64,000 nt of DNA from Alphaproteobacteria bacterium (GCA_965246875.1 CBDFFU010000003.1:199385-263384), one strand, 5' to 3'. Shown: positions 39,336 through 50,538, counted from the stretch's first letter. The notes: generated by a model from the sequence alone, not told the origin. A program made the numbers and translations.

Positions 39336-39604
39336 TTTTCTTCAGCAATCTAATAAGCACTCTGATCTGTCCTAAGGGTATCGATCAGATAAACCTCAAG
39401 CTTCAGGTGTTGTACAAATTGATTTGAAATTCGGCCAACCACCTAATTTCTGACGCCGTAAAATGATAACGTTTTGTATTGATATGCCAGTGTCCATTTA
39501 GCCCTAAATCATCCTAGAAAACGAAGACATACCTATTAACAAATTAATTATTGCGTTGATTATGTTATTATGATACCCTATATTGATTTAATTGTGGAGT
39601 AGCC

Positions 39605-40723
39605 ATGACAGACACATCTAAGCTGAAAGTGGCAGACTTGAAAAAACTGCGTGAAGAGCGGAACGATCAGCGCTTGATTGAACTGGGCGAAGCTTGGCTT
39701 GAGCAAAATCCGCTGACGTCCGATCTGTTGTCCCGCAAAGAGCCAAATGCGATTTTGTCTGAGATTGGCAAGGCAATGCACAGAACCGGCGATAAGAAAC
39801 GTGGTTATGATGTACTTTATAATGCGCTTGCGGTGGTTCCCAACGCCATTCTGCATTCGGCCCTTAGCCATTTGAACAAGGCTGACATAAATTATCCGCA
39901 GGCGCTAAGTCATGCGGAGGCGGCTTTGCCATTCGAGCCAGATAACGTTCACAGCATCCGAAATTTGGCAGATATCCATAAGCGAATGGGGAATTTTGGC
40001 GAAGCAAAATCATATTATCAGCTGTCTTTGCATAAAAGCCGTGGATCGCGTGACATCGAGACCGCGACCAACGGCCTGGCGCAGATTCATCTGGTGCAAG
40101 GCGATCATCAAAAGGCTAGGGAATATTACAGCCTTCATGCCGACAGAAACATCGTTTCATTATGCGGATTAGCCAATACATGCCTTATCGATGGCGAACT
40201 GGATGAAGCTGAAAAACTTTATAAACAACCTTTGGCAAACGGCAGCCGGGTTGCCAAACGCGGATTGGCGATGTGTTACATCGCGCAGGGCAAGCTGGAC
40301 GACGCACAAAAGCTCTTGGCTGGCGTCGATAAAAACGATACACAAATTCAAGATTATTACCTTGATGCTGCACTGGCGATGAAACAGGGCGATTTCAAAA
40401 CGGCGCGTGAGGATATTTTGTCTGCTATACAAGAATTCCCTGTTACGAAAACCACTTTTCCCTATGTACGGACGTTTGCCGAAGCTGGTCTTATCGACCC
40501 TCCTATGTATGAAGTTCTAGCCGAAATGATGGGTTATAAAACCATCAATCCGATCCAGCCCAAACCGCTCGACCAAGTTTTAAATGATTTCAAATCACAC
40601 CTGGTCCTGATAACCGCTCAAGATGAAGAGCCAACGGCCCCCATTTCCGCGATTTATACTGGTAATTTCGAGACGCCGGTCAACAAACAGACGCAGCGCG
40701 TGACCCAGCAGCGGAGAAAGTGA
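39605..40723 (+). CDS. TPR-repeat protein
   Basis: 372 aa with repeated about 34-aa units showing the A/G/Y spacing typical of TPR (e.g. GNFGEAKSYYQLSL, GDHQKAREYYSL, GELDEAEKLYKQPL, GKLDDAQKLL). Confidence 0.6.
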   Translation: MTDTSKLKVADLKKLREERNDQRLIELGEAWLEQNPLTSDLLSRKEPNAILSEIGKAMHRTGDKKRGYDVLYNALAVVPNAILHSALSHLNKADINYPQALSHAEAALPFEPDNVHSIRNLADIHKRMGNFGEAKSYYQLSLHKSRGSRDIETATNGLAQIHLVQGDHQKAREYYSLHADRNIVSLCGLANTCLIDGELDEAEKLYKQPLANGSRVAKRGLAMCYIAQGKLDDAQKLLAGVDKNDTQIQDYYLDAALAMKQGDFKTAREDILSAIQEFPVTKTTFPYVRTFAEAGLIDPPMYEVLAEMMGYKTINPIQPKPLDQVLNDFKSHLVLITAQDEEPTAPISAIYTGNFETPVNKQTQRVTQQRRK

Positions 40724-41112
40724 CGATGGCTGTTAATAGAGCTATAACCGGATTTCCACAGCATTTTTTATATTTGATGCCGCTGTTACAAATTGGATAA
40801 GGCTGATTTACAGGTACTTTCATGATCAACGTGATATATCATGCCCAACCTCCAGCTTCCAAACCCTTTGGCTGAGACAAGGCCCTTAAACCCCCTAAAG
40901 GGGGCGGGTCTCGATGGTTGGAGTTTAAGCTGATGGCTACGAATGCTGCGGAATTGCGGAGGTTATCTGCATATTGTCTCTGTTGGCGACTAAAACAAAG
41001 ACTAAATGGCGGTGTGCGCCGAACTGGGTAATAAATATTCTGTTGAGAGCAAAACTGGGGTAGATCAATGGCGGCGAATGTCGCCTTTGATTCATCTGCA
41101 TTAGTGATGGGT

Positions 41113-42552
41113 TCATTTTTGATCATTTTGCGATTCCTCTATTTTGGCGATTTTCAGCTCGTCAAACTTCATAGTGGCCGCATTATAGCTACCCAGCGCC
41201 TTGAACATGTACATGTTTGACAAGATGTTCTTGACGCGTGCTTCAGCTGTCTTTTCTTCACGGCTGTTGAGGAGAAACAGGTTGCTCGTGCCATTGGCGA
41301 GCAATTGGCGTTCGGCACTTTGCATTTTTTCGGCAAGGCCCACTTCCTGATTGCTTAAGGCTAGGTTCTCTCTGTTTAGCCTAAGATCGGCTGCCAAATT
41401 ATGTAGCTCCGCGCGGATCGTGTCGGTTGTGAGGCGCTGCTCGTTTTCAAGCTGTTGCAACTGGGCTTTGGCTGCAGACGTTTGGCCTTGTCCCAGATTG
41501 CGCTGCAATGGCAACGAGAATTTGATGATGCCAATGGTTTCGGTACCGTCCAGGCGGCGCAAACCGTCACCCTGATCACGCGCCACTTCGACACCTAAAT
41601 CGACTTTAGGCAGCAGGCTGTTCTCGCCCAGGCGGACGCGGTTGCGCTGCTGTTGCATATTGACCTGAATGGCCTTCAGTTCTGGACGGGTTTCGATGAC
41701 CTTGGCGATATCCGCTTCTACAGACTGCTCAGTCGATACAGCCGCCGTTGGAAACTTGCCAGGCAGATTCTGGGCATCAGGCACGACCGGCTCTCCTGCA
41801 TCATCGCGCCAGAACAGGGATAGATCGTTCGAACGTTTGATGAAATCACGGCGCGCTTCGTTCAGCATGGCTTTGCGCTTGACTAGATTTTGCTCATTTT
41901 CTGTCGCTATAATCTGCGGCGCATCACCCGCCTTGATACGTGATAGCAGATTGCGCTGGCGTTCCTGGGCCAAGGCCAGGAGATCCTCATACACTTTCAA
42001 GATGCGGCCAGCCGCGAGCCATTCCGCATAAATGCTCTGCGCTTTCATCTGAGTCGCCAGCCTTGTCAGTAGCACATCGATATCTACTAAATTTTGTTCA
42101 AAGCCCGCATCCTGCAACTTGAAACGCCGGTCATCGATATCGCGGTTGCGCAACAACGAAAAGATAACACCCACACTGATCTCGCCGCCATTCTTGGTGC
42201 GCAATTCATCGTTATAAATTGGAAAATCGCCCTGTCCGTTACGATACCCGGTATAAACCTCGCCGCTAAATGGAGCAAAAGGCTTAACCAGCCGTCCGGC
42301 CGCATAATCGCCATCATAATAGCCACTGCCACGCAGCTTGGCATCGCCGTCTAGCCTGAGGTCGAACGCACCCCGCGCTTCCTGAGATTTAGCGGCGGCT
42401 GCGTCCTGTTTGGCAATGGCAGCTTTGACCTTTGGATAATGGGCGCTCGATGAAATCAGTACGTCTTTCAGACGCAGTTCCGTGGCCTGTACTGACTCCG
42501 CGCAAAGCATGGCAAGGCAAGCAATCAAGAAAATAGCAACTTTATTTCTCAT
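41113..42552 (-). CDS. TolC-family outer-membrane factor
   Basis: 479 aa with a signal peptide and a duplicated OEP-type coiled-coil/beta-barrel repeat pattern. The start overlaps the HlyD stop by 11 nt. Confidence 0.8.
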   Translation of the reverse strand: MRNKVAIFLIACLAMLCAESVQATELRLKDVLISSSAHYPKVKAAIAKQDAAAAKSQEARGAFDLRLDGDAKLRGSGYYDGDYAAGRLVKPFAPFSGEVYTGYRNGQGDFPIYNDELRTKNGGEISVGVIFSLLRNRDIDDRRFKLQDAGFEQNLVDIDVLLTRLATQMKAQSIYAEWLAAGRILKVYEDLLALAQERQRNLLSRIKAGDAPQIIATENEQNLVKRKAMLNEARRDFIKRSNDLSLFWRDDAGEPVVPDAQNLPGKFPTAAVSTEQSVEADIAKVIETRPELKAIQVNMQQQRNRVRLGENSLLPKVDLGVEVARDQGDGLRRLDGTETIGIIKFSLPLQRNLGQGQTSAAKAQLQQLENEQRLTTDTIRAELHNLAADLRLNRENLALSNQEVGLAEKMQSAERQLLANGTSNLFLLNSREEKTAEARVKNILSNMYMFKALGSYNAATMKFDELKIAKIEESQNDQK

Positions 42553-43609
42553 CGCGCTTATCCACTGTGTAATCCTGCAAGGACATATAATTGTTTTCAG
42601 TGCCTTTGGGTGGGAGTGGCGGGAAGCTGTTCAACTGCCGCCACCATTCATAGCCGACATTGACTGTGTTCAGCAAAACCCAGCCACGGGCCCGGGCGCC
42701 GAAACGCAAGAAATTTTCGTTTGGCCATTTCTCAGCCGGATCTTGCACGATCAAAACGCGAAACTTGCCATTTGCAGAGATGGATGGATCGCTGGTTTTG
42801 ACAATGCCGCCAAAGCTACCGACACTGATTGATGGCCAGCCACTAAACTGCACTGCGGGCCAGCCTTCAAACTGTAACCTTACTTTGGCTCCAGGTTTAA
42901 TGAGAGGGGCATCCAGACCCTTAATGTAAAGTTCGACGGCCGGAACCGTTCCCGATGGAATAAAGTTTGCAACAACATCGCCTTCCTTGATAAAAGTCGC
43001 TGCATCGCCGCTGCGCATCTGCACGATGGTGCCATCAGCAGGTGCTTTCACCAGCTGGGTATCTTGTCGGGAACGATTGGTCTGGACTTTAGCCAATTCG
43101 GCAGCGGCAGCCGCCTGCTTGGACAAGTATTCATTGTAGTTGATCTTGGCCTTTTCTAAATCGTGGCGTGATGCCAGTCCCTGCTTAAACATCGCTTCAC
43201 GGCGGGTATAATCCAGCTTTGCCGTTTCAGCTGCTGCGCGGGCAACATCAGCTTTCTGACGGCTAGCATCCAATTCCAGTTCCAGCCGCTCGACATAGTT
43301 TGGATCATTGTCGACAATCTCTAATAGCAGATCATCTTTTTTAACAACGCTGCCTTCATGCACATGCCACTCCTTGATCCGGCCTTTGACCGGTGCAGAA
43401 ATGTTCTGTGGCCTGTCACTGGGATGAAACGTTGTGACCACACCATCACCGGAAGCCGTTTGCACCCAGGGCGTAAGCAACAGGAACGCTGTCAGGAAGG
43501 CAAAAGCAAACATCAGCATCCAAGCCAAGACACGCAATGGGCGCGGGATATTGATATTATTTAAGCTCGTAAATGCACTGGTATAATTGGATTTGAAAAT
43601 ATCGCTCAT
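42542..43609 (-). CDS. HlyD-family membrane fusion protein
   Basis: N-terminal TM anchor, a lipoyl-like hairpin (APVKGRIKEWHVHEGSVVKKDDLL), a coiled coil and a beta-barrel. It overlaps the ABC stop by 4 nt. Confidence 0.85.
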   Translation of the reverse strand: MSDIFKSNYTSAFTSLNNINIPRPLRVLAWMLMFAFAFLTAFLLLTPWVQTASGDGVVTTFHPSDRPQNISAPVKGRIKEWHVHEGSVVKKDDLLLEIVDNDPNYVERLELELDASRQKADVARAAAETAKLDYTRREAMFKQGLASRHDLEKAKINYNEYLSKQAAAAAELAKVQTNRSRQDTQLVKAPADGTIVQMRSGDAATFIKEGDVVANFIPSGTVPAVELYIKGLDAPLIKPGAKVRLQFEGWPAVQFSGWPSISVGSFGGIVKTSDPSISANGKFRVLIVQDPAEKWPNENFLRFGARARGWVLLNTVNVGYEWWRQLNSFPPLPPKGTENNYMSLQDYTVDKRDEK

Positions 43610-45330
43610 GAATTTTGCTCCGCCATCTGTGCATCTTCATGTAGTTTAAGCAAAGGTGCGTTTGCAAAACTATGAGTCATCACCTTGTCCATGATGAGAT
43701 AATGGTCAAAGAAGTTCCATTCCTTGCGGTTGGTGAAACATATCAACATTGTGTCGTGTTGCTGACAAAGCGACTGCATGATGCGCTTGCGTATTTGGAA
43801 CGGCACAGCATCGAAAATCTCGGTGACTATCAGTACAGATGGCTTTGCCGCCAGCACAGCGGCTAGTTTTAGACGAATGACTTCATCATATAATAAGGGA
43901 TAGCCCGATGGTACAATGTGCGTATTTAATCTCTGCGGCAATGCATTGATGACGGCATTTAGCTCAACCATCTGCAAGACAGAAACAATATTGGCCTGTG
44001 TCACGTTTGGCGCGTAGAGATCGAAGAACCGTTTGATACTGCCTTCAACGACCGATACGCTGTCAACGGACAGAATATGGTTACGCAACTGATGCAAATC
44101 ATAGTCATTCAGATCTTGCTCACCGATCAGAACACGGCCTTGTGACGGTATGCGGTGACCTTTGATCAAATCCAAAAAGAGCTTAGAACCGGCAGCTTCG
44201 CTACTTTTGGCAAGCACTTTGCTGTTTCCAGCCAGCATACAATCAAACGAAAACTGATGGCCGCGATAAGGCAAAATGACGTTCTCAAAATTCACGTCAG
44301 GAGAAGTGGTTATATCGAATGAAATAATGCCCGAATTGGTTTCCAGCGGCAGCTGGAAGAAGTAATTCAGTTTGTGCAGATTGGCACAAAGATCGTAATA
44401 GATGCGCGAGTAATAGCCAAGTTTGGACGTGCTGTAGAATATTGCTGACATGATAAGTTCCGCGCCCACCAATTGCCCCAAGCTTAGCTGGTTGCGTGCA
44501 ACCAGCACGCCGCCAAGACCCAGCAATCCGGCACTTGCCACGCAATACAAAGCCAGAAACGCAATGTTTTGACCAAAAGTAGTTCTAAAATACGACTTTT
44601 TACGAGAGAGATAATTTGCAGTCTGATTATCGGTTTCTTGCAGTGCGTAAGTGATAGCACGCTCAGATTTGAATGTTGGATTAACACGAGCAATTTCCTC
44701 GAGCCACTGTACAAGAGCATATTTGCTGTCTGATAGGGCGATAGCCTGTTTAATAGCTCGTTTCGACCACATGTGCCAGATCAGGAATAAAGATCCGGCA
44801 AACAGCATATTATAAACAAACAGAAACGGGTGATAAAAGGAAACAACAATCAAACCAATAATAGCTTGAAGTGCGATAAAAAAGCCTTCTGTCAGCAAGG
44901 CGGGCACATTCTTTTGCACATGCATGATCTCGAAGAAACGATTAACCAATTCAGCGCGGTTAATGCCGTCCATATGAGGCTGATCAGTATGTGTTAGGTG
45001 GAGCGCAGCTTCCGAAGCAATTCTCGCTAAAAAACGACGCTGAAATAGCTCCATCGCATAATCTCGACAGGCGATTAAAGTAGCTGAAATCAACAAAACA
45101 ACGAATAGTAGAACCGCCAGTAAAATAATAAACGGGGTGAGTGTTGTATTAACGACCGTGTTCAGCAAGGCCTGAACAGCAATGGGCACGGCCAATGTCA
45201 AAATACCAATACCAATGCCATAGATTGCTGTAAGGATGAAAAACGTGCGGTCTGGCGTAAGAAGACTACGTGTAATATCGTCTCTGCCAACAGCACTCGG
45301 ATAGACGGATGAATTAATCATGATCAACAT
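43606..45330 (-). CDS. ABC exporter-like protein with degenerate nucleotide-binding domain
   Basis: The N-terminal half is a 6-TM ABC exporter-type membrane domain. The C-terminal half aligns to ABC ATPase domains, but Walker A is KSSEAAGSK, the signature is SGYP, Walker B is VLIVTE and the H-loop position reads FTNR. Confidence 0.75.
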   Translation of the reverse strand: MLIMINSSVYPSAVGRDDITRSLLTPDRTFFILTAIYGIGIGILTLAVPIAVQALLNTVVNTTLTPFIILLAVLLFVVLLISATLIACRDYAMELFQRRFLARIASEAALHLTHTDQPHMDGINRAELVNRFFEIMHVQKNVPALLTEGFFIALQAIIGLIVVSFYHPFLFVYNMLFAGSLFLIWHMWSKRAIKQAIALSDSKYALVQWLEEIARVNPTFKSERAITYALQETDNQTANYLSRKKSYFRTTFGQNIAFLALYCVASAGLLGLGGVLVARNQLSLGQLVGAELIMSAIFYSTSKLGYYSRIYYDLCANLHKLNYFFQLPLETNSGIISFDITTSPDVNFENVILPYRGHQFSFDCMLAGNSKVLAKSSEAAGSKLFLDLIKGHRIPSQGRVLIGEQDLNDYDLHQLRNHILSVDSVSVVEGSIKRFFDLYAPNVTQANIVSVLQMVELNAVINALPQRLNTHIVPSGYPLLYDEVIRLKLAAVLAAKPSVLIVTEIFDAVPFQIRKRIMQSLCQQHDTMLICFTNRKEWNFFDHYLIMDKVMTHSFANAPLLKLHEDAQMAEQNS

Positions 45331-46174
45331 GCTCTAGACTATGAATGATATGATCTGCCAACATCAATGCGGCAGGCGAAAGATTTTCACGTTTTAACAA
45401 TGCAATCTCAGCATCAACTAGACTTGGAAGTTTCATTTCGGTTTTTACTGTATGCAATCCATCCGGAACCATATTTGATGGCAGCACCGTAATACCTAAA
45501 CCCGCTTTTACGGCTGCAATTGTACCTGCCAAGCTTGGGCTCGTATAGGAAATGCGCCAAGTCCTTTTGGCTCGGTCGAGCGCTGCAAGGGCTCTTGCAC
45601 GATAAATACACGGCTGTGGAGATAAAACCAAAGCTAAAGGTTTTTCAGGTTGGTACTGGTCGGCCGCCACCCATATGAGAGGCTCGCGCCAGACTTTTGT
45701 TCCCCCTTTGACGCGTTGAGGATCACGTTTAATCAGCGCTAGATCATATTTACCTTGGGCAAAATCCTCAACAAGATTGAGCGTAAGGTCGCATTTAACA
45801 TTAAGCTGCACGCGCGGATGATGCAGTTTGAACGTTGCTAAAACATGCGGCAAATAATGTGTCGCGAAATCTTCCGGCGTGCCAAGCCGGATTTCACCCT
45901 CTACATCTGGCTCCTTAATACGACTGAACGCCTCCCATTGCAGCTGAATAATTCTTTTGGCATAGCCAAAGAAAATCTCGCCTTGTTCCGTCAGTACAAC
46001 TTTACGGCTCGTCCGGTCGAAAAGCTCACAGCCTAGACCTTCTTCCAATTTCTTAATTTGCAGGCTTAAAGCAGATTGCGTTCGTCCAACACTATTTGCA
46101 GCATGCGTAAAGTTGCCGCTTTCCGCGATAGCGATAAAGCTTTTCAGCAAAAACGTGTCGACATTAAAAGGCAT
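45314..46174 (-). CDS. LysR-family transcriptional regulator
   Basis: N-terminal wHTH (FIAIAESGNFTHAANSVGRTQSALSLQIKKLE) plus a LysR substrate-binding domain. Its 3' end overlaps the ABC gene start by 17 nt on the same strand. Confidence 0.9.
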   Translation of the reverse strand: MPFNVDTFLLKSFIAIAESGNFTHAANSVGRTQSALSLQIKKLEEGLGCELFDRTSRKVVLTEQGEIFFGYAKRIIQLQWEAFSRIKEPDVEGEIRLGTPEDFATHYLPHVLATFKLHHPRVQLNVKCDLTLNLVEDFAQGKYDLALIKRDPQRVKGGTKVWREPLIWVAADQYQPEKPLALVLSPQPCIYRARALAALDRAKRTWRISYTSPSLAGTIAAVKAGLGITVLPSNMVPDGLHTVKTEMKLPSLVDAEIALLKRENLSPAALMLADHIIHSLEHVDHD

Positions 46175-46201
46175 CGCGAAACATTAATTCCCACTTTAAA
46201 A

Positions 46202-46218
46202 GATAGTGAATAACTATC
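46202..46218. promoter_or_regulatory. LysR-type T-N11-A dyad (GATAG-N7-CTATC)
   Basis: A perfect 5-bp inverted repeat lying 28-44 nt upstream of the lysR ATG. Confidence 0.4.
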
Positions 46219-46504
46219 ACCTTAAATAATAAAACAGATATTAATCAGATTTTATAGTTTTGAAGCGTTAATAAGCAAATGAAACCGGTATTGAGCAAAC
46301 CGCACTTTTTCTGAATATCATTCATACTGAAGACAAACATGTTGTTTATCAATCCTGACAATACACTACGGCAAATAAATAAGCCCTCATTTGTATGACA
46401 ATGTGAATTGATTGTATCAGGCATATGAGGTTTTTGAACTTAACGAAAACTACCAATTTAAGAGACTTTTATTATGTATTTTTACTTGGCGTTGTAGTGA
46501 AGCA

Positions 46505-48604
46505 ATGGGAATAGCCCCTCTACCCACAAATGAAGAAAAACGTCTTCATACATTGCAGCAATATAATCTTTTGGACACATTACCAGAAGCGGACTATGAC
46601 CGAATTACAAAATTGGCTTCAATCATTTGTAATACCCCAATTTCACTGGTGACTTTAATTGATCACAACAGGCAATGGTTTAAAGCAAAAGTGGGCTTAA
46701 ATATCAGCGAAACGACGCGAGACATTGCATTTTGTGCACATGCGATACTGGCACCAAATGAGGTTTTGATAGTAAACGATGCACTCAATGATGCTCGTTT
46801 TGAAAATAACCCGCTGGTTCAAACTGATCTGAAAATACGATTCTACGCAGGTGTTCCACTATTAGTCCAATCCGGGGACGCATTGGGAACATTGTGTGTG
46901 ATTGATACGAAACCTCGAGATTTATCGTCTCAACAAATCGAGTCGTTACAAATTTTAGCTGCACAGGTTGTTTCCTTAATTGAAACACGGAAGAATACAA
47001 AATTTATAAATGAACTTTCCCAGTCTCTACAAGAAGCGAACAATTTTTCAGAACTTATGTTAGAAAGCAATCCTGATTTCGTATTCGTTAAAAATTCAGA
47101 GTTTCGGATTGTGCGTGCTAATAAGTCATTCATAGGACTATATCCTGAAAACATGCGAGACTCTATTATTGGTACGACAACTGTAGAGCAATATTCTGCA
47201 GCAGAAGCCAAGCTATTCTTAGAAAAAGATCGAATTGCTTTGGTAAACGGTAGTTCTGAAGCATACGAGTCAATTAAGTTTTCTGATGGCAACATACATC
47301 ATTTATTCACAAAAAAAGTTCGCTTTACAGACGCAAATGGTGCACAATTTATACTTGGTATTGCACGCGATATAAGCGAAATTGTTAATGTGCAAGCACA
47401 ACTCAAAGATTACAGCGTGGAGCTTGAGAATAGCTCGAAAGAATTACAGATCGCCAAAAACAAATCAGATGCTGCGAATAGTGCTAAAAGTGAATTTCTA
47501 TCGACAATGAGTCACGAAATAAGAACACCCTTGAATGGTATAATTGGAATGAGCAATCTTATTTCACAAACAAGTCTTGACGAAGCACAAAAGCATTATG
47601 TCGGATCAATTCAAAAATCATCTGCTCTTCTTTTAGAACTCGTAAATGATATTTTAGATATTTCAAAAATCGAAGCTGGCAAACTTACATTGGATCACAA
47701 TCCTCTGAATTTTCATAGCTTGTGCTCTAGTGTCATGTTAAACCTAAGTCCTGAAGCAATTAGAAAAAATCTTGTTTTTACTTTAAATTATCATGATAAC
47801 ATGCCCCAAATTTTGATAGGTGATGCATTAAAGCTTAAGCAAATTCTCTTCAATCTATGCGGTAATGCAATTAAATTCACAGAAACAGGACATGTTTCTG
47901 TCGAAATTATACCAAAAACGTTCGAAAAAAATAAAGTGAGTTTTGAGGTCGTTATTAAAGACACAGGTATTGGCATAGCAAAGTCAAAACTAAAAGAGAT
48001 TTTTGAAATTTATAAACAAGCACACTCTATCATTAGTCAGCAATATGAGGGAACCGGACTTGGCTTGCCAATCAGTATGGACTTCGCCCGTGCTATGGGC
48101 GGCAATATTCAGGTTAAAAGCCGGTTGAAGGCTGGATCCGAATTTACATTGTCTCTAACTATGGGCTACAAAAAACGATCGCCTAGAAAACCTGTAAATG
48201 ATTCAATTTTGTCCAAAGCCAAATACGGCAATTTTGAACATATAGATATTTTAATTGTCGAAGATAATTCTATCAATGCAGAAATAATCGAAAAAATGCT
48301 GCTTCACCACAAATTTAATTTGACTAAAGCATATAATGGTCAAGAAGCCATCAGCGCAATAGCAAAGAAGCAGCCTCATATAATACTTATGGATTGTCAG
48401 ATGCCAGTCTTAGACGGTTATGAGACCACAAAAATCATTAAAGCTGATAAGAATTTTAATCGTATCCCAATTATTGCTATGACCGCCTATGGCTTAAAAT
48501 CCGACAGAGAAAAGTGTTTGGCAGCGGGTATGGATGACTATATTAGTAAGCCAATTGACGAAACAAAGCTTTTACTTATTTTAAAAAAATGGTTAAAAAT
48601 TTAA
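46505..48604 (+). CDS. hybrid sensor histidine kinase (GAF-PAS-HisKA-HATPase-REC)
   Basis: GAF-like N-terminus (LPTNEEKRL...), a PAS region, the H-box [11 protein letters not shown] boxes, and a C-terminal receiver (ILIVEDN...[11 protein letters not shown]...KP). The track ORF begins at 46412 and a Met lies at 46505. Confidence 0.9.
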   Translation: MGIAPLPTNEEKRLHTLQQYNLLDTLPEADYDRITKLASIICNTPISLVTLIDHNRQWFKAKVGLNISETTRDIAFCAHAILAPNEVLIVNDALNDARFENNPLVQTDLKIRFYAGVPLLVQSGDALGTLCVIDTKPRDLSSQQIESLQILAAQVVSLIETRKNTKFINELSQSLQEANNFSELMLESNPDFVFVKNSEFRIVRANKSFIGLYPENMRDSIIGTTTVEQYSAAEAKLFLEKDRIALVNGSSEAYESIKFSDGNIHHLFTKKVRFTDANGAQFILGIARDISEIVNVQAQLKDYSVELENSSKELQIAKNKSDAANSAKSEFLSTMSHEIRTPLNGIIGMSNLISQTSLDEAQKHYVGSIQKSSALLLELVNDILDISKIEAGKLTLDHNPLNFHSLCSSVMLNLSPEAIRKNLVFTLNYHDNMPQILIGDALKLKQILFNLCGNAIKFTETGHVSVEIIPKTFEKNKVSFEVVIKDTGIGIAKSKLKEIFEIYKQAHSIISQQYEGTGLGLPISMDFARAMGGNIQVKSRLKAGSEFTLSLTMGYKKRSPRKPVNDSILSKAKYGNFEHIDILIVEDNSINAEIIEKMLLHHKFNLTKAYNGQEAISAIAKKQPHIILMDCQMPVLDGYETTKIIKADKNFNRIPIIAMTAYGLKSDREKCLAAGMDDYISKPIDETKLLLILKKWLKI

Positions 48605-48722
48605 CATCTGCAGTATGCAGCAAAACAATAAATTAAAAATTCTAATGCTTCGTAATACTTGACGGTTATAACATATCACCTTGTCGGATTTTTATACATC
48701 AATCCATTTCTACTTATAACTT

Positions 48723-49073
48723 TTATGATTTCAAATACAGTTCTCTAAGAGAGCAACAAGATTGATTTAGCATACTTTCCAAATTCGATATTATTTCAAG
48801 GATACTTAAGGAGCTATATTCGTTTCGTTCAATTTTATTGAGATACAGCGAAATTCCAACAAGTCCAAGCTCCAGACTCGAGGAGCGCAACTTGTGCACA
48901 CACTTATAAAATGAAACAGTATCATTTTTTGCAGCTGCCAGACGACTAAGTCTAAGAAAATCGGCAGCTTGATTATAAAACTTATCAATAAGATTAGAAT
49001 AATCTTCACCAAATAACTGTTGCAAATAAGAAATTCTTTTAAGGTCAAAAAGCTTATTGTCTAACTTTTCCAT
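48723..49073 (-). CDS. Hpt phosphotransfer protein (LuxU-like size and motif)
   Basis: 116 aa. Contains HKLRSSSLELG, an Hpt-type H-x-x-K/R-S/G-S motif, at about residue 60. Confidence 0.7.
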   Translation of the reverse strand: MEKLDNKLFDLKRISYLQQLFGEDYSNLIDKFYNQAADFLRLSRLAAAKNDTVSFYKCVHKLRSSSLELGLVGISLYLNKIERNEYSSLSILEIISNLESMLNQSCCSLRELYLKS

Positions 49074-49170
49074 GTCGCGCCCTTTATTGTTAAATTAAAA
49101 TTGTTAAACTATGAGCTATTTATAGTCACAAACAGTGGCAGTCATTTGAGTGTCTATTATTACGATTAGC

Positions 49171-50538
49171 TTATTGCTTGCGATAAATATTAGATTGACT
49201 GGTTTTTAGCAATCTGGCAGCTTCGCTTACATTCCCATTACAGACACGTATTGCGTCTTTGATGATTAATTTTTCAAATATTTTCAGAGGCATTATATTT
49301 TCAGGCGTTTGAAAAATCTCTTTGCCTTCAATAAAATTAAAAGATTCAAATTTATCTTTTGCCGACAAGTTATCATTCACTAAATGAGATAGCATCTCAC
49401 CCGTTATACAAATACCGTCGTTCATAATTACAGCACGCCGTATACAGTTTTCAAGTTCGCGTACATTACCAGGCCATCGATGGCTTTTTAGTAACTTTCG
49501 CGCAGCATTATCAAAAACCTTAAAACTCTTCTTTTCTTCTTTACTACATTTTTCAAGAAAATGATCGCCAAGCTGTATAATATCATCTTCACGTTGACGT
49601 AATGGCGGTAACTGGATTGGTATCACAGCAAGACGGTAATACAAATCTTCTCGCAATACATTATTTTTAATGGCATGGATAGGGTCGCGGTTAGTCGCAC
49701 AAACAAACCTAATATTCGCTTGAAGCGTTTTATTGGAACCAACAGGTGTATACTCTCCCGTTTGAATAAAGCGCAGTAATTTTGATTGTAAGGCTATTGG
49801 CATTTCTGCTAACTCATCTAAAAATAATGTTCCGTTGTGAGCACGTTTCGCTGCACCTTCACGATCATTAATCGCGCCTGTAAAAGCGCCCTTTACATGG
49901 CCAAAAACTTCACTTTCTAATAAATCAGCTGGTATAGCCGCGCAGTTGATTGATATCAGATTTTCATTTCGCCTTAAGCTTTGAATATGAATTGCATGCG
50001 CTGCAAGTTCTTTACCGGTACCATTCTCACCTGTGATCATCACTGACGCATTTGATTGCGCAGCACTTTCGATAATATTATAGACTGACTTCATCTCTTG
50101 TGAGCCTCCAATAAAATTACAGAAGCTTGTCCGATTGGTTCTCTCATAGTTATTGACGATTTTATTAAGTTTTCTATTGTTGAAAATGTTATTGAGCGTA
50201 ATATTTAATCGATCTTCATCAATAGGCTTTGAAATAAAATCAACTGCTCCCATTTGAATGGCGGCTATTGCATTATTGATACTCGTTTTGCTGGTAATCA
50301 CAACAACGTCACACGGTGCGCGCATAATTTTTATATCTTTTAAAACATCCAGCCCATTTCCATCTGGAAGTTCTAAGTCTAATAAGATGACATCTGGATT
50401 ATCACGTCTAATAACGGTAAGTGCATCTTCGGCAGTCTGTGCGATTTTACACATATAACCACCTTTAGTGGCAATCTTCTGATAAATCATAGCTGTTGGC
50501 AAAGCATCTTCAACAATTAACACCGTCTGAATGGTCAT
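49171..50538 (-). CDS. sigma-54-dependent response regulator (REC-AAA+-HTH), LuxO-like
   Basis: Receiver with DLELPDG. AAA+ domain with GENGTGKE and GAFTGA. Strings I associate with LuxO are present (LLRFIQTG, RFVCATNRDP, GAINDREGAA..GTLFLDELAEM). C-terminal HTH reads ...SQSNIYRK. Confidence 0.85.
   Translation of the reverse strand: MTIQTVLIVEDALPTAMIYQKIATKGGYMCKIAQTAEDALTVIRRDNPDVILLDLELPDGNGLDVLKDIKIMRAPCDVVVITSKTSINNAIAAIQMGAVDFISKPIDEDRLNITLNNIFNNRKLNKIVNNYERTNRTSFCNFIGGSQEMKSVYNIIESAAQSNASVMITGENGTGKELAAHAIHIQSLRRNENLISINCAAIPADLLESEVFGHVKGAFTGAINDREGAAKRAHNGTLFLDELAEMPIALQSKLLRFIQTGEYTPVGSNKTLQANIRFVCATNRDPIHAIKNNVLREDLYYRLAVIPIQLPPLRQREDDIIQLGDHFLEKCSKEEKKSFKVFDNAARKLLKSHRWPGNVRELENCIRRAVIMNDGICITGEMLSHLVNDNLSAKDKFESFNFIEGKEIFQTPENIMPLKIFEKLIIKDAIRVCNGNVSEAARLLKTSQSNIYRKQ

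Noticed and set aside
40839-41126. A 95-aa minus-strand ORF downstream of and overlapping the TolC gene end, a possible secretion substrate.
   Set aside because: It spans an imperfect long palindrome (CCAACC...GAGAC...CCCCCTAAAGGGGG...GTCTC...GGTTGG, about 40855-40935) in a convergent intergenic region. It has a Pro/Arg-rich junk-like composition and no RBS.
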